The notes: generated by a model not told the origin, from the letters alone. DNA of 64,000 bases from an uncultured archaeon (GCA_964534625.1 CAZHRF010000003.1:65486-129485), one strand, 5' to 3'; numbered from the stretch's first letter, positions 12,534-22,089 are shown. Numbers and translations: made by a program.

Positions 12534-13646
12534 ATGGGGCAGCTAATAAAATGGTATGGAGATAAAACAACGGGTAAACCTCCAAAAGGATGCGAGTTAT
12601 GTGCTTTAGGTGCTAAATTGGTTATATTTATTACGGGAGTCTGTCCAAACAGGTGCTATTACTGTTCTATCTCAAAAGAAAGAAGATATAAGATTACCTT
12701 TGCTAATGAACAGCCTATTACAGATATTTCTGAAGCAATTACTGAAGCGGAAAAGATATCAGCTCTTGGAGCAGGAATTACTGGTGGAGAACCCACTCTT
12801 GAAATCAACAAAATTTTGCAATATATTACTGCTTTCAAATTACATTTTGGATCAGAGTTTCACTTTCATCTTTATACTTCGGTTCCATTAAATCATGATG
12901 AATTATTCTCTTTACATAAAGCAGGTCTTGATGAAATACGATTCCATCCCCCAAGATTAGATTTAACTCAAAAAATGAAAAACACGATATTCCATGCAAA
13001 CCATCTAAATTGGGATTTGGGCTTTGAAATCCCAGTAATCCCAAATTTACCCCATAAAGTAGAAACAATAATACACTTTGCCATCAATAATAATATTGAT
13101 TTTATAAATTTTAATGAATTTGAATTTACTCAAACGAATTATCACGAATTAAAAAAAAGGGGATTTAAACCTAAAAACAGCTTTACTGCTGCTGTTCAAG
13201 GAAGTGAAGAAATTGCGCTCGGACTACTTAAAAAATATGAAGAAGAAAACATCATCTTGCATTACTGTTCTTCCAGTTTTAAAGATGGAGTACAATTAAC
13301 TAATCGATTTCTACGACGGGCAAAGAATACAGCCAGACAGTTTGATGAGATAACACCAGAAGGACTACTTAATCGAGGTAGAATAACAACTACCAATAAA
13401 CAATCACTCCATGAGATAGCTCAATTTATTAAAGAGCAACTAGAAGTTCCTGAAGAATTAATAGAAATACAGAACGAAGTAAATACAATTCTTACCCATT
13501 GTTCAATAGTAAAAGAGATTGGCCAAGAATTAACAGAAATATTTCCAGATATTACTCGAGTAGATATAATCGAACAATATCCGTATCCAAACGGTTTTGT
13601 TACTTATAGTGACCCGATTTATGAAAAAGAAGAAAAATCCACTTAA
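12534..13646 (+). CDS. Radical SAM protein (PFL-activase-related, COG2108-like)
   Basis: CPNRCYYC is the CxxxCxxC radical-SAM cluster motif. GGEPTL follows downstream. Confidence 0.75.
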   Translation: MGQLIKWYGDKTTGKPPKGCELCALGAKLVIFITGVCPNRCYYCSISKERRYKITFANEQPITDISEAITEAEKISALGAGITGGEPTLEINKILQYITAFKLHFGSEFHFHLYTSVPLNHDELFSLHKAGLDEIRFHPPRLDLTQKMKNTIFHANHLNWDLGFEIPVIPNLPHKVETIIHFAINNNIDFINFNEFEFTQTNYHELKKRGFKPKNSFTAAVQGSEEIALGLLKKYEEENIILHYCSSSFKDGVQLTNRFLRRAKNTARQFDEITPEGLLNRGRITTTNKQSLHEIAQFIKEQLEVPEELIEIQNEVNTILTHCSIVKEIGQELTEIFPDITRVDIIEQYPYPNGFVTYSDPIYEKEEKST

Positions 13647-14785
13647 ATTGTTGGTAAGGGGAACCTTAACAAAGCCGCTACTCCTCCTAGTTCAGATAAT
13701 TTTTCACCTGTTTCATGCATTATCGACATAAAAACGGTTTTTCCTCCTTTTTGTTTAGTCTCTTCCACTAATTCATCAATTAATGCTCGTTTTTCAACAT
13801 CCAAAACTTGTAACATATCATCAGAGATCATTAAAGTCTCCACAGCTCCCATTTCTATTGCCCTTCTCACACTATCTAAACCATAAGTAGCGTTGTCTGT
13901 TTCTTTTCCTATTCTTCTATAAAATTCTTCCAATAACTGAGTTTCAAAGACCACTCTTTGTTTTTTTGCTATTTTTTCAGGTAATTTCCTTGATAAAACC
14001 TCATGCAAGCCTACTTTTCCTCCCGTATGTGCATGGACATGTTGTATTTTTTCTAGTAAACTTGGATCCCGTTTTTTTACAAAATCGAGGAATTCTTCTG
14101 CAGTAAAACCCGGACCAGCTATAATAATAACCTCGGGTTCATATTGATCTGTGGTGTCTTTAATAATTTGATGTAACTCTTTAAAGAAATTACCTTTTGT
14201 TGTTGAATGTTGCTTTGCATCACTAAACTTACGAGTTATAGCTGAAGAAACTTCAGTAATAATTTTCACTTGAAAAGGAGTAACCAATGCTATACAAGCA
14301 GTACCCTCATCTAAGGTAATAATTAATATTTGGGAACGCATGGAATCTTCTTTAGCCTCTTCTATTATCTGTCTTTCTGAAGATTTCCATTCGTTTTTTG
14401 TCAATCTTGCTTTTTCCATAGTTGAAAGGGCAATTGTGTGATAACTACCTAAAGATATAAGATCCTCGTTTCCTGCAACAATAATTCCCTTGACACGTAA
14501 AGTATCACCAAAACCACCAAAAGCGAATTCTTCAACTTCTATTTCTAACGTCATCTTTACCCGTTCACCAGTATCAGCACGACCGAACTCATCATTTCTT
14601 CTAATTCTTCTGCTAGTTTCAGCCCTAAGAAGATCACTTGGTTTTAGAATTCGATATATAGCATAAAGATCACCCGAAGTTTCGGGAATAAATTCTATAA
14701 TTCCATGATTATAATCTAAAGTTAAAATTTTCAAAGTAATTTCACTACTATTATAATAAAAAAGATACAAATAAAAAACTTTCAT
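13643..14785 (-). CDS. pelA: mRNA surveillance protein Pelota (Dom34 homologue)
   Basis: LKILTLDYNHGIIEFIPETSGDLYAIYRIL and the eRF1-like central and C-terminal domains. The true start is probably the TTG at 14734 (LKILTLD), so the ORF's first 17 codons look like a spurious 5' extension. Confidence 0.85.
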   Translation of the reverse strand: MKVFYLYLFYYNSSEITLKILTLDYNHGIIEFIPETSGDLYAIYRILKPSDLLRAETSRRIRRNDEFGRADTGERVKMTLEIEVEEFAFGGFGDTLRVKGIIVAGNEDLISLGSYHTIALSTMEKARLTKNEWKSSERQIIEEAKEDSMRSQILIITLDEGTACIALVTPFQVKIITEVSSAITRKFSDAKQHSTTKGNFFKELHQIIKDTTDQYEPEVIIIAGPGFTAEEFLDFVKKRDPSLLEKIQHVHAHTGGKVGLHEVLSRKLPEKIAKKQRVVFETQLLEEFYRRIGKETDNATYGLDSVRRAIEMGAVETLMISDDMLQVLDVEKRALIDELVEETKQKGGKTVFMSIMHETGEKLSELGGVAALLRFPLPTI

Positions 14786-14880
14786 ATTCAGAGATTTAAT
14801 AAAGAATGCCTATATACTCATCGCATTTTCAATATAGTTTTTATATCATCATATTATGATATAAAAGTGGAGAAAATCAC

Positions 14881-15291
14881 ATGGGAAAAAAACTAGCATC
14901 GGATTATGAGAGAAGATTAGCGAATAAATTTTGGGATAATGGTTTTGCGGTTATTAGGGCGCCATCTTCTTCAGGGACATCTAGAATGCCTCGACCAGAT
15001 ATTTTTGTTGGTTCAGCAGAGAAGAATCAAATGTATGCTATTGAAATTAAAACATCGAGACAAGATACTTTCTATGTACAAAAAGATCAAATTGATGGGT
15101 TGATCCTATTTTCAAAAAGAATGGGGGCAAAATCACTCTTAGCTGTGAAGTATGTAGGGTATCAAATGAGGTATAGGTTTTTAAGAGTACCCGAAGATTT
15201 AGTTGAAAGTAGTGGTAACAGTTATCGCGTAAATATAGACTATGTAAGAGAATATGGATTAACGTTTACTAAATTAGTGTTTAAAAAATAA
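14881..15291 (+). CDS. hjc: Archaeal Holliday junction resolvase Hjc
   Basis: G-x-x-YER...GFAVIRAPSS...PDIFVG...AIEIKTS reproduces the Hjc catalytic E / PD / ExK layout. The size (136 aa) fits. Confidence 0.85.
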   Translation: MGKKLASDYERRLANKFWDNGFAVIRAPSSSGTSRMPRPDIFVGSAEKNQMYAIEIKTSRQDTFYVQKDQIDGLILFSKRMGAKSLLAVKYVGYQMRYRFLRVPEDLVESSGNSYRVNIDYVREYGLTFTKLVFKK

Positions 15292-15312
15292 TTATGAATA
15301 ACAGAAAACATC

Positions 15313-15780
15313 TTGGGGGCGAATGATATCTCAAATAGTAATATTAGGGTAATGGGAAAAGAGGATTTAGATGTTGTTTATAATATCGAACGTAAAACAT
15401 TCCCTAATCCATTCAATCAGACATTAATTCGTAGTATTTTTTTTCATAATCCTCATTTATGTTTAATTATTGAAATAAATACAAAAGTAATTGGATTTGT
15501 GTTAGGTGGGAAAACATCACATACGAATCAGAATCACATACTCTCATTTGCAATATTAAAAGATTATCAAGGAAAAGGGTATGGAAGTGAACTTCTTAGA
15601 AAGTACATAGATCTCTCGAAAATGTTTGGATATGAATCAATTATATTAGAAGTACGTATAGATAATCAGCAAGCCATTAAACTATATGAAAAATTTAAGT
15701 TCAAGAAAACACACACTATCAGAAAATACTATGAAGACAAATGTGATGCATATGTATATGTATTAAACATTAGAAACTAA
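15313..15780 (+). CDS. rimI: GNAT N-acetyltransferase, RimI-like
   Basis: The acetyl-CoA motif QGKGYGSELL and the family-typical IRxM...DLxxVxxIE N-terminus, which supports the TTG start at 15313. Confidence 0.7.
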   Translation: MGANDISNSNIRVMGKEDLDVVYNIERKTFPNPFNQTLIRSIFFHNPHLCLIIEINTKVIGFVLGGKTSHTNQNHILSFAILKDYQGKGYGSELLRKYIDLSKMFGYESIILEVRIDNQQAIKLYEKFKFKKTHTIRKYYEDKCDAYVYVLNIRN

Positions 15781-15822
15781 AAACTAAATTAAACCAGGTT
15801 TTCATATTGTGTATCAAGAGTT

Positions 15823-17250
15823 TTATTCTTTCTTATTCATTATATACTCATCAATACTTTGAGCAGCTATTTTACCTGTACCCATTGCAGCGATGACAGT
15901 AGCGGCACCAGTAGCTACATCACCACCCGCAAATACTCCTTCTTTGCTAGTTTTACCCGTTTTAAGGTCGGTGACTATTGTACCCCATCTTGATACGTCT
16001 AAATCAGGTGTTGTTGAACTGATTAACGTATTAGGTTTATTCCCTATTGCGATGATTACTAAATCACATTCAATCAAATGTTCCGAACCGGGTATTGGAA
16101 TGGGTTTAGCTCTTCCCGATTCATCGGGTTCTCCCAAATCATATCGAAGACACTCTATCGCCTTTACTTTGCCCAAAGCATCTGGAATTAGTCTTACTGG
16201 GTTATTCAAAAATTTAAAGTCTATACCTTCTTCTTCTGCATGATGGATCTCATCTTGTCTTGCTGGACACTCCTTTCTGCTTCGTCTATAAACTATAATA
16301 GACTCTTCTGCCCCTAGTCTTTTTGCTGTTCTTGACGCATCCATAGCTACATTTCCTGCCCCTATGGTTACCACTTTTTTAGCTCGTTTGACAGGAGTCT
16401 GATATTCTGGAAATTTATAACCGCGCATTAAATTAACCCTTGTTAAATACTCATTAGCAGAATAAACATTTATCAAATTTATTCCTTTGATATCCAACAA
16501 ACGAGGTGCTCCTGCTCCCGAACCTATAAATACTGCATCATATTTATGTAGTAAATCATCAATTGTCTTATTTCTGCCTACAATGAAATTATTGTGGATT
16601 TCCACACCCAATTTTTTAACATAGTCTACTTCATATTTTACAATTTTTTTTGGCAATCTAAATTCAGGAATTCCATAGACTAGAACACCGCCTGATTTAT
16701 GCAATGCTTCAAATATTTCCACTTTATGGCCCATTAGTGCCAAATCACTAGCACATGTAAGACCTGCAGGACCAGCACCGACTATCGCAATTTTTTTACC
16801 AGTTGAATTAGGGATGTTTGGAATTGTTTCTCCATGTTTCCTAGCATAATCAGCAACAAAACGTTCTAGATTACCTATAGCAACAGGTTCATATCTACGA
16901 CCCATAATGCAGCGCGCCTCACATTGACTCTCTTGCGGGCATACTCGCCCTGTTATGGCAGGTAAACTGTTTTTTGTTTTAATCAATTCAGCAGCTTCCA
17001 TATATGCTCTATTTTTAATTAAAGTAATGAAGTCTCTAATAGGTACTTCAACAGGGCATCCTCTTTGACATGGGGAGTGTTTACAATTAAGACATCTAGA
17101 AGCTTCTATCAAAACTTCCTCTTCTGAGTATCCTAAAGGAACTTCTTTAAAATTATATCTTCTTTCAATTGGATCTTGCGATGGCATAGGAGTCTTTTGC
17201 TTTATGAGTGATTGCCTTTTTGTCGATTTAGGCTTATTTTCTTCATTCAT
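15823..17250 (-). CDS. nfnB: NADPH-dependent FAD/[4Fe-4S] oxidoreductase, GltD/SudA/NfnB-like large subunit
   Basis: N-terminal Cys clusters (CLNCKHSPCQRGCP and CPQESQCEARC) plus two Rossmann motifs (VGAGPAGL and IGAGNVAMD). Start moved to the ATG at 17250, which is preceded by GGTGA. The longer ORF would overlap the upstream gene. Confidence 0.8.
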   Translation of the reverse strand: MNEENKPKSTKRQSLIKQKTPMPSQDPIERRYNFKEVPLGYSEEEVLIEASRCLNCKHSPCQRGCPVEVPIRDFITLIKNRAYMEAAELIKTKNSLPAITGRVCPQESQCEARCIMGRRYEPVAIGNLERFVADYARKHGETIPNIPNSTGKKIAIVGAGPAGLTCASDLALMGHKVEIFEALHKSGGVLVYGIPEFRLPKKIVKYEVDYVKKLGVEIHNNFIVGRNKTIDDLLHKYDAVFIGSGAGAPRLLDIKGINLINVYSANEYLTRVNLMRGYKFPEYQTPVKRAKKVVTIGAGNVAMDASRTAKRLGAEESIIVYRRSRKECPARQDEIHHAEEEGIDFKFLNNPVRLIPDALGKVKAIECLRYDLGEPDESGRAKPIPIPGSEHLIECDLVIIAIGNKPNTLISSTTPDLDVSRWGTIVTDLKTGKTSKEGVFAGGDVATGAATVIAAMGTGKIAAQSIDEYIMNKKE

Positions 17251-17260
17251 GCCTATCACC

Positions 17261-18103
17261 TTAAGCTTTTTTTTTCTTCTTTCGATATTTTTCCATAGCA
17301 ATACGTTCCTCTTCTTTATATGCAGTCATTCTTTGTGCCATCTCTTCCCAATCCACTTTATGTGCATCAAAATCGGGACCGTCAACACATACAAGTTTTG
17401 TCTCACCACCAACTGTTGTACGACATGCCCCACACATTCCCGTACCATCTAACATGATTGTATTTAGGCTGGCTATCGTTTTAATGGGGTTTTGCTGTTC
17501 TTTGGTGATTTTAGAGATAAATTTCATCATCAGCGGTGGTCCTACAACAAAACAAGTTTTGTAATCCTTACCTGCTTTTATTTGTTTTTTGAGTTCTTCT
17601 GTTACATAGCCTTTTCTACCCTTCGATCCATCGTCGGTGCACACATATAGATTATCAGCAAAAGATTTTATCTCCTCTTCATTAAACAAAAGTTTTTCTT
17701 TTCTTGCTCCAATTATGACATCAACAGAATTGCCTGCTTTTTTAAATGCTCGCGCAACAGGAGTAGCGATAGCGATACCTAAACCCCCACCTACAACGAC
17801 AGTATATCCCGCATTTTTAACACTTGTTGGATGACCTAAAGGCCCAGCAACAGCTTCTAACTCATCACCTACTTTAAAATCAGATAATCTATAAGTTCCA
17901 GCGCCCACTAACTGAAAAACAACCTTAATCCACCCGTCTTCACTATTCCAATCAGATAAAGTCAAAGGAATTCTTTCACTTGTTTCTTTTCCCATTAGAA
18001 TAACAAATTGACCAGCTTTACACACTTTCGCGATATTTGGTGCATGGATCTTAAACATAATTGATTCATCAGTTACATATTCTTTCTCAAGCAGTTTGTA
18101 CAT
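17261..18103 (-). CDS. nfnA: Ferredoxin-NADP reductase-like small subunit (SudB/NfnA/PyrK-like)
   Basis: FNR-like barrel plus NAD domain, with a C-terminal [2Fe-2S] motif CGxGxCGACR (GTGMCGACR). It lies immediately upstream of the GltD-like subunit. Confidence 0.8.
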   Translation of the reverse strand: MYKLLEKEYVTDESIMFKIHAPNIAKVCKAGQFVILMGKETSERIPLTLSDWNSEDGWIKVVFQLVGAGTYRLSDFKVGDELEAVAGPLGHPTSVKNAGYTVVVGGGLGIAIATPVARAFKKAGNSVDVIIGARKEKLLFNEEEIKSFADNLYVCTDDGSKGRKGYVTEELKKQIKAGKDYKTCFVVGPPLMMKFISKITKEQQNPIKTIASLNTIMLDGTGMCGACRTTVGGETKLVCVDGPDFDAHKVDWEEMAQRMTAYKEEERIAMEKYRKKKKKA

Positions 18104-18281
18104 GTCATGGTAGACTTTAAATCAATACTTAAAAGTATATCACTCTGTATAAACGGGTTCTCTTGTCCCGAAAGACCAATATACAACTTTGTGTAAGTAA
18201 TATACATTTTAGAAAAATTTATATGTCATACAGATATTTGTAATATAGTTACAAAATAATAATTCTTAAAGGTGGTTTAAA

Positions 18282-19676
18282 GTGTCAGAAGACGATGAAA
18301 TAAAAGAATTAAAGGATGAAGTTTCAGAATTAAAAAAACTAATTAAGGATCTAACAAAAGCAAAATCTGGATTATACAATTCTAAAGGTATAGAACATAC
18401 CAGTGAGCATAATATGGAAACTGGTTCTAATTTTGAAAGAAAAATAGACGGAAATGTTAATGATGAAAATAGTTCTGGACATAAGAACCAGTTCAGGAAA
18501 TCATTAAGACCAGAAGTGAAACATGGTAAAAGATCATTTGATAATTCAAACGCATCTAAAGCCTCAACGCCCCCAGACCAATCAGTAAGACATCCCAGAA
18601 GGTTTAATGGCGAAGAAAAAAAATCGACCATAGACTTGGATATTGATTTTGCCAAAATTGCAGAAAGCATAGATAAAACAATTAAAAGTGTTGAAATCAT
18701 TAGTGAAAAAGGTATGACTATTGCGGAAAATATCACAAAAACAATTACAGATAAGATCCAAAAAGGAATTGACAAAAAAATCCTTAAACTTCAAGACATG
18801 CCAGATATATCTAAAAAAGAGTATGAAAAGTTACGAGAGGATCTAGAAAAGTTACGTGATGAAATGGAAAAAGAAGAAGCAGAAGTCAATCGAATAACCT
18901 ATGAACTCACAAAAGCACGAGAGGATTTATTAAATGCACGTATTGATTTAGATAAAGCAACTCTTGCTGGTAATGATAAGGAAAAATTGAAAGCTGAACA
19001 GAAATTACTAGCTGCCGAAAAGAAATTGGATCAAACTTCAACAGAACTAAATACCACAGAATATAAATTAAGACAAACAAAACGGATCTTTCATCGTTTA
19101 CAGAAAAAACTACAGAGAAAAAGATTTGGGTTTTATTCTCCGCATGGTCAAGAATCATCACATACTGCTTGGAAGTGGGATGAAACAATTAGTGACTATA
19201 TGGAAAACGTGCTTTCCTCAATTGCTAAAAACATAGAATCATCTTTCAAATCAGCATTTATTGGGGGAAAGAGGATATACAAGGAAATTAGCAAACCAAT
19301 TACAAGTTCATCCATCCTTTCTTCTATTGACGAACTTACAGGTGAAACTCTTGAAGAGTTTGTTGAAACTGCATCGGAAATTCTTTCTTCAGTTAGCGAT
19401 AAAAAACGCTTGTTAGTTCTAAAAATACTAGAAAATGGTCCTGAATACCAAAAAGAATTATCAGCAAAAACAGATCTAAAAGGAGGATCATTTAAACATC
19501 ATACAGATATTTTACAAGATGCGGGGTTAATCACACAAGAGGCTGTACGTGGTCGATATATTATCACACAATTAGGTATTGAAACTCTTAAATTGGCGGA
19601 AATGATTTATGTTAGAGACAAGAGTTTGAAAAAATCCAAAGATGACGATGAAAGTTTTGAGATTAATATTGAATAG
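18282..19676 (+). CDS. Coiled-coil protein with a C-terminal ArsR-like winged helix
   Basis: GTG start after GGTGG. Long heptad-like K/E-rich region. The C-terminal KKRLLVLKILENGPEYQKELSAKTDLKGGSFKHHTDILQDAGLI resembles ArsR/SmtB wHTH domains. Confidence 0.6.
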   Translation: MSEDDEIKELKDEVSELKKLIKDLTKAKSGLYNSKGIEHTSEHNMETGSNFERKIDGNVNDENSSGHKNQFRKSLRPEVKHGKRSFDNSNASKASTPPDQSVRHPRRFNGEEKKSTIDLDIDFAKIAESIDKTIKSVEIISEKGMTIAENITKTITDKIQKGIDKKILKLQDMPDISKKEYEKLREDLEKLRDEMEKEEAEVNRITYELTKAREDLLNARIDLDKATLAGNDKEKLKAEQKLLAAEKKLDQTSTELNTTEYKLRQTKRIFHRLQKKLQRKRFGFYSPHGQESSHTAWKWDETISDYMENVLSSIAKNIESSFKSAFIGGKRIYKEISKPITSSSILSSIDELTGETLEEFVETASEILSSVSDKKRLLVLKILENGPEYQKELSAKTDLKGGSFKHHTDILQDAGLITQEAVRGRYIITQLGIETLKLAEMIYVRDKSLKKSKDDDESFEINIE

Positions 19677-19690
19677 AAAGAGGACAAAAT

Positions 19691-20341
19691 ATGAGCTTAC
19701 GACTAGAAAACAGACCTATCAAAATCACACACAATATCGAACACACATTTATACCCAATCAAACACAGCTCAAAATAAAAAGAAAAACAAAGTTATTTCC
19801 TCTATTCGATATGAGCAATGATATACAAATAGGGTTCTTCTTTAATGGAAAAGTTGAAATTCTATCAGATTTACTAATTCACTCTAATAATGGCGTGGTA
19901 GGTAAAGTGGTAGAAAATATATTTTCTAAAGGATTAATTTTACCTGCCCAACTACCTTTCTTTACAGAACGAAATACAAAAAAGATCTCTAAATTTGACG
20001 AAGAAAATTTTCATATTGTTCTATTATGGTTACAGAGACACCTTGAATCAAATATGAGAATATTTTTAGAGAGAACAAGTGAGGACTTTAAAATAATGTT
20101 ACTGAACAAGAGTCCATTAAAATTTTGGTCAATTCAGAATGAAACAGTCATTCATCTAAATCAAGGAGAGATAATGATGAAGAACGCAGATAAATATTTT
20201 GCATGGGTCTCTTCTTATTATGGGATGTATTGTGTTAATGAACAGGGGAAATTATCTTACACTAGTATTGAAGAACATTTGAACCCAAAAGAACAATTAT
20301 ATACTTTTGGATCTCTTAAATGTAATAAAATCTCTTCATAA
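19691..20341 (+). CDS. Hypothetical protein (216 aa)
   Basis: Intact ORF 14 nt after the preceding gene and convergent with the C5 methyltransferase. No clear motif. Confidence 0.45.
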   Translation: MSLRLENRPIKITHNIEHTFIPNQTQLKIKRKTKLFPLFDMSNDIQIGFFFNGKVEILSDLLIHSNNGVVGKVVENIFSKGLILPAQLPFFTERNTKKISKFDEENFHIVLLWLQRHLESNMRIFLERTSEDFKIMLLNKSPLKFWSIQNETVIHLNQGEIMMKNADKYFAWVSSYYGMYCVNEQGKLSYTSIEEHLNPKEQLYTFGSLKCNKISS

Positions 20342-20363
20342 TTTTAGATCGGTTAACTTAAAT

Positions 20364-21344
20364 TCATTCTGTTTTTTTCATTATTTTTTCTGCGATCAAT
20401 CGGGATATTATTGGAGTTACAGCTTCACCTACTTGATCATATTGTTGGTCTATTCTTCCTGAGAAGAAATAAGAATCATCAAATCCCATTAAACGAGCAT
20501 GTTCACGAACAGTCAAGGGTCTATTTTTTCCATAATGAATAAATCTTGATTTTCCCATTACAGTAGGAGCTACAGATGCTTTAGGTAGTTTCATCCAATT
20601 TGTTTTTTCAGTTTTAGCACCTCTAAAATATACTGCCGATTGACCCTCAGATAATTTGTGCACTCTCTTTAATACTCTTTTTGGAAAAGGGAGATGGACA
20701 TGATTCTTGACATGGTGTAATTCATTAACTTCAGGCAGATCACCTATTGCTTCTTCAACTGTTGGAGGTTTGTTTCTTTTTAGCTTTAAAGAGAGATTGG
20801 ACATATAAACACGATTTCGTCGAGAAGGACACCCATGTTGTGATGCTTCAATAACATTAAAATATACGTTATTATATCCTACTTGTTCAAATTCATCTTT
20901 TATTATACTCTTACCTTCCCCATTTATCATTGGTACTACGTTTTCTATAACAAAATATACTGGTTCTAAATCCCCAATAATCCTAATCGCCTCAAAAATT
21001 AAGTCACCCATTGAATCTTTGAAAAAACGATCCCAAGGCGTTTTCTGTCTTTTTTTATTTGCACTAGTAAAAGATTCACATGGTGGTGACGCCAAAATCA
21101 CTGTTGGTTGCTTCCCTATTTTATTAATTATATCGATTGAATGTACGTTTCTAATATTTCTTCTAAAAATGTAAGCACTTTTATTATTATACTTATATGA
21201 TCTAGCGTGTGTTTCATTTATTTCTATAGCACATAGATCTCTAAAACCTGCTTTTACAAAACCCGAACTAAAACCGCCTGCACCAGCAAATAGATCACAA
21301 AACGTATAATCAGTTTCACTTCCAATTTTGTTCATTCTTATCAA
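20364..21344 (-). CDS. dcm: Cytosine-5 methyltransferase (Dcm/Dnmt superfamily)
   Basis: Motifs appear in canonical order: I DLFAGAGGFSSGF, IV SPPCESFT, VI IENV, VIII SRRNRVYM, X GEAVTP. Confidence 0.85.
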   Translation of the reverse strand: MIRMNKIGSETDYTFCDLFAGAGGFSSGFVKAGFRDLCAIEINETHARSYKYNNKSAYIFRRNIRNVHSIDIINKIGKQPTVILASPPCESFTSANKKRQKTPWDRFFKDSMGDLIFEAIRIIGDLEPVYFVIENVVPMINGEGKSIIKDEFEQVGYNNVYFNVIEASQHGCPSRRNRVYMSNLSLKLKRNKPPTVEEAIGDLPEVNELHHVKNHVHLPFPKRVLKRVHKLSEGQSAVYFRGAKTEKTNWMKLPKASVAPTVMGKSRFIHYGKNRPLTVREHARLMGFDDSYFFSGRIDQQYDQVGEAVTPIISRLIAEKIMKKTE

Positions 21345-21409
21345 ACCACTTATGTTTCACTTATATAAAAGTAGCATTATTTGGGGATTTACAAACATTT
21401 GTTGAATAT

Positions 21410-21485
21410 TGGTGGGGCAAGGCGGAATTGAACCGCCGACTTTCGCTGTGTGAGAGCGATATCATAGCCACTAGATCATTGCCCC
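21410..21485 (-). tRNA. tRNA-Val (anticodon CAC), 76 nt, 3' CCA encoded
   Basis: Hand fold. Acceptor GGGGCAA/UUGCCCC, anticodon stem UCGCU/AGCGA with loop CUCACAC, T arm GGCGG-UUCAAUU-CCGCC, discriminator A, then CCA. Confidence 0.9.
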
Positions 21486-21555
21486 GATTATTTTTATTGT
21501 TCTCCTTCCAGAGTTATTCTTTATATCTATTTCTGTTTCATTCTCAATTTTTGGA

Positions 21556-21797
21556 TGTAGCTCCAGGGGCTAACTCTGTTTTTCATCTTTGGGATTATCC
21601 CACATCCAACAGTTGAGCTTGCCTAGGAGCGGATGTTGCCTGCGGGGGTTGACTCTCCGTCACCGATGAGCATCACGCTCTACTCTGGTTAGAGCCCGTT
21701 TACTGCAGTCTGTTGCCTCTTTTTTGCTCTTTCTATCATAGTTGGCCTAAGCCCACTCTAGAAAGTCCTCGAACGAGGCATATTACAACTATTATTT
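21556..21797 (-). ncRNA. rnpB: Candidate RNase P RNA (divergent and compact)
   Basis: GC-rich island about 70 nt upstream of tRNA-Val on the same strand. Minus-strand motifs occur in the same 5'-3' order as in E. coli M1 RNA:
- AGAGUGGGCU (21750-21759), CR-I-like
- GCAACAGA (21709-21716), then GUAAAC
- UAGGCAAGCU (21616-21625)
- AGAUGAA (21582-21588)
- ACAGAGUUAGCCCC (21566-21579), CR-V-like
The CR-I-like and CR-V-like strands can form a P4-like helix with a bulged U after AG. A TATA-like ACTATATAA lies upstream. CR-I deviates from the near-universal GGAAAGUCC, so this call is tentative. Ends are approximate. Confidence 0.5.
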
Positions 21798-22089
21798 CAA
21801 GTATTTAACTTTGTGATTATATAGTTTTCATTTCCTCAAATAGTCCACTATGTTTATCAAAGTATTTTCTTGAAGGTTCGAGAAGATCACATAAAAATAG
21901 TTAATTGGTAAAGAGAAAATGCTCCAAGTCTTTTTTAATTCGGATAAAAGATTTACTTTAGAGGTAATAGATATTCCAAGGGCAGTATCTCTAACAAGAA
22001 AAAGAAAAGTTATCTAATAAAGATTTTCCTTCAAAATAGTATATTGAACTTAGAGACATCAAATAAAAACTCCACCATGAACCTAATAA

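Noticed and set aside
18266-18775. 169-aa minus-strand ORF
   Set aside because: It is antisense to the coiled-coil/wHTH gene. It is typical of the mirror ORFs that K/E-rich, AT-rich coding sequence generates.
19691-20341. Possible restriction endonuclease partner of the C5 methyltransferase (convergent arrangement; an FDEE...EDFK pattern could be forced into PD-(D/E)xK)
   Set aside because: The motif match is weak enough to arise by chance. The gene is also tightly linked (14 nt) to the upstream coiled-coil/wHTH gene rather than to the methyltransferase. I left it as hypothetical.
21428-21616. 62-aa ORF on the plus strand
   Set aside because: It overlaps the antisense of tRNA-Val(CAC) and of the structured RNA. 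It is an artefact of the RNA genes.
21763-21772. Plus-strand AGAAAGUCC, a near-perfect match to RNase P CR-I, suggesting the RNA is on the plus strand
   Set aside because: On the plus strand the motif would sit at the 3' edge of the GC-rich island, with only AT-rich sequence downstream and no GGCUU partner strand for P4. All other landmark motifs occur in the correct order on the minus strand.
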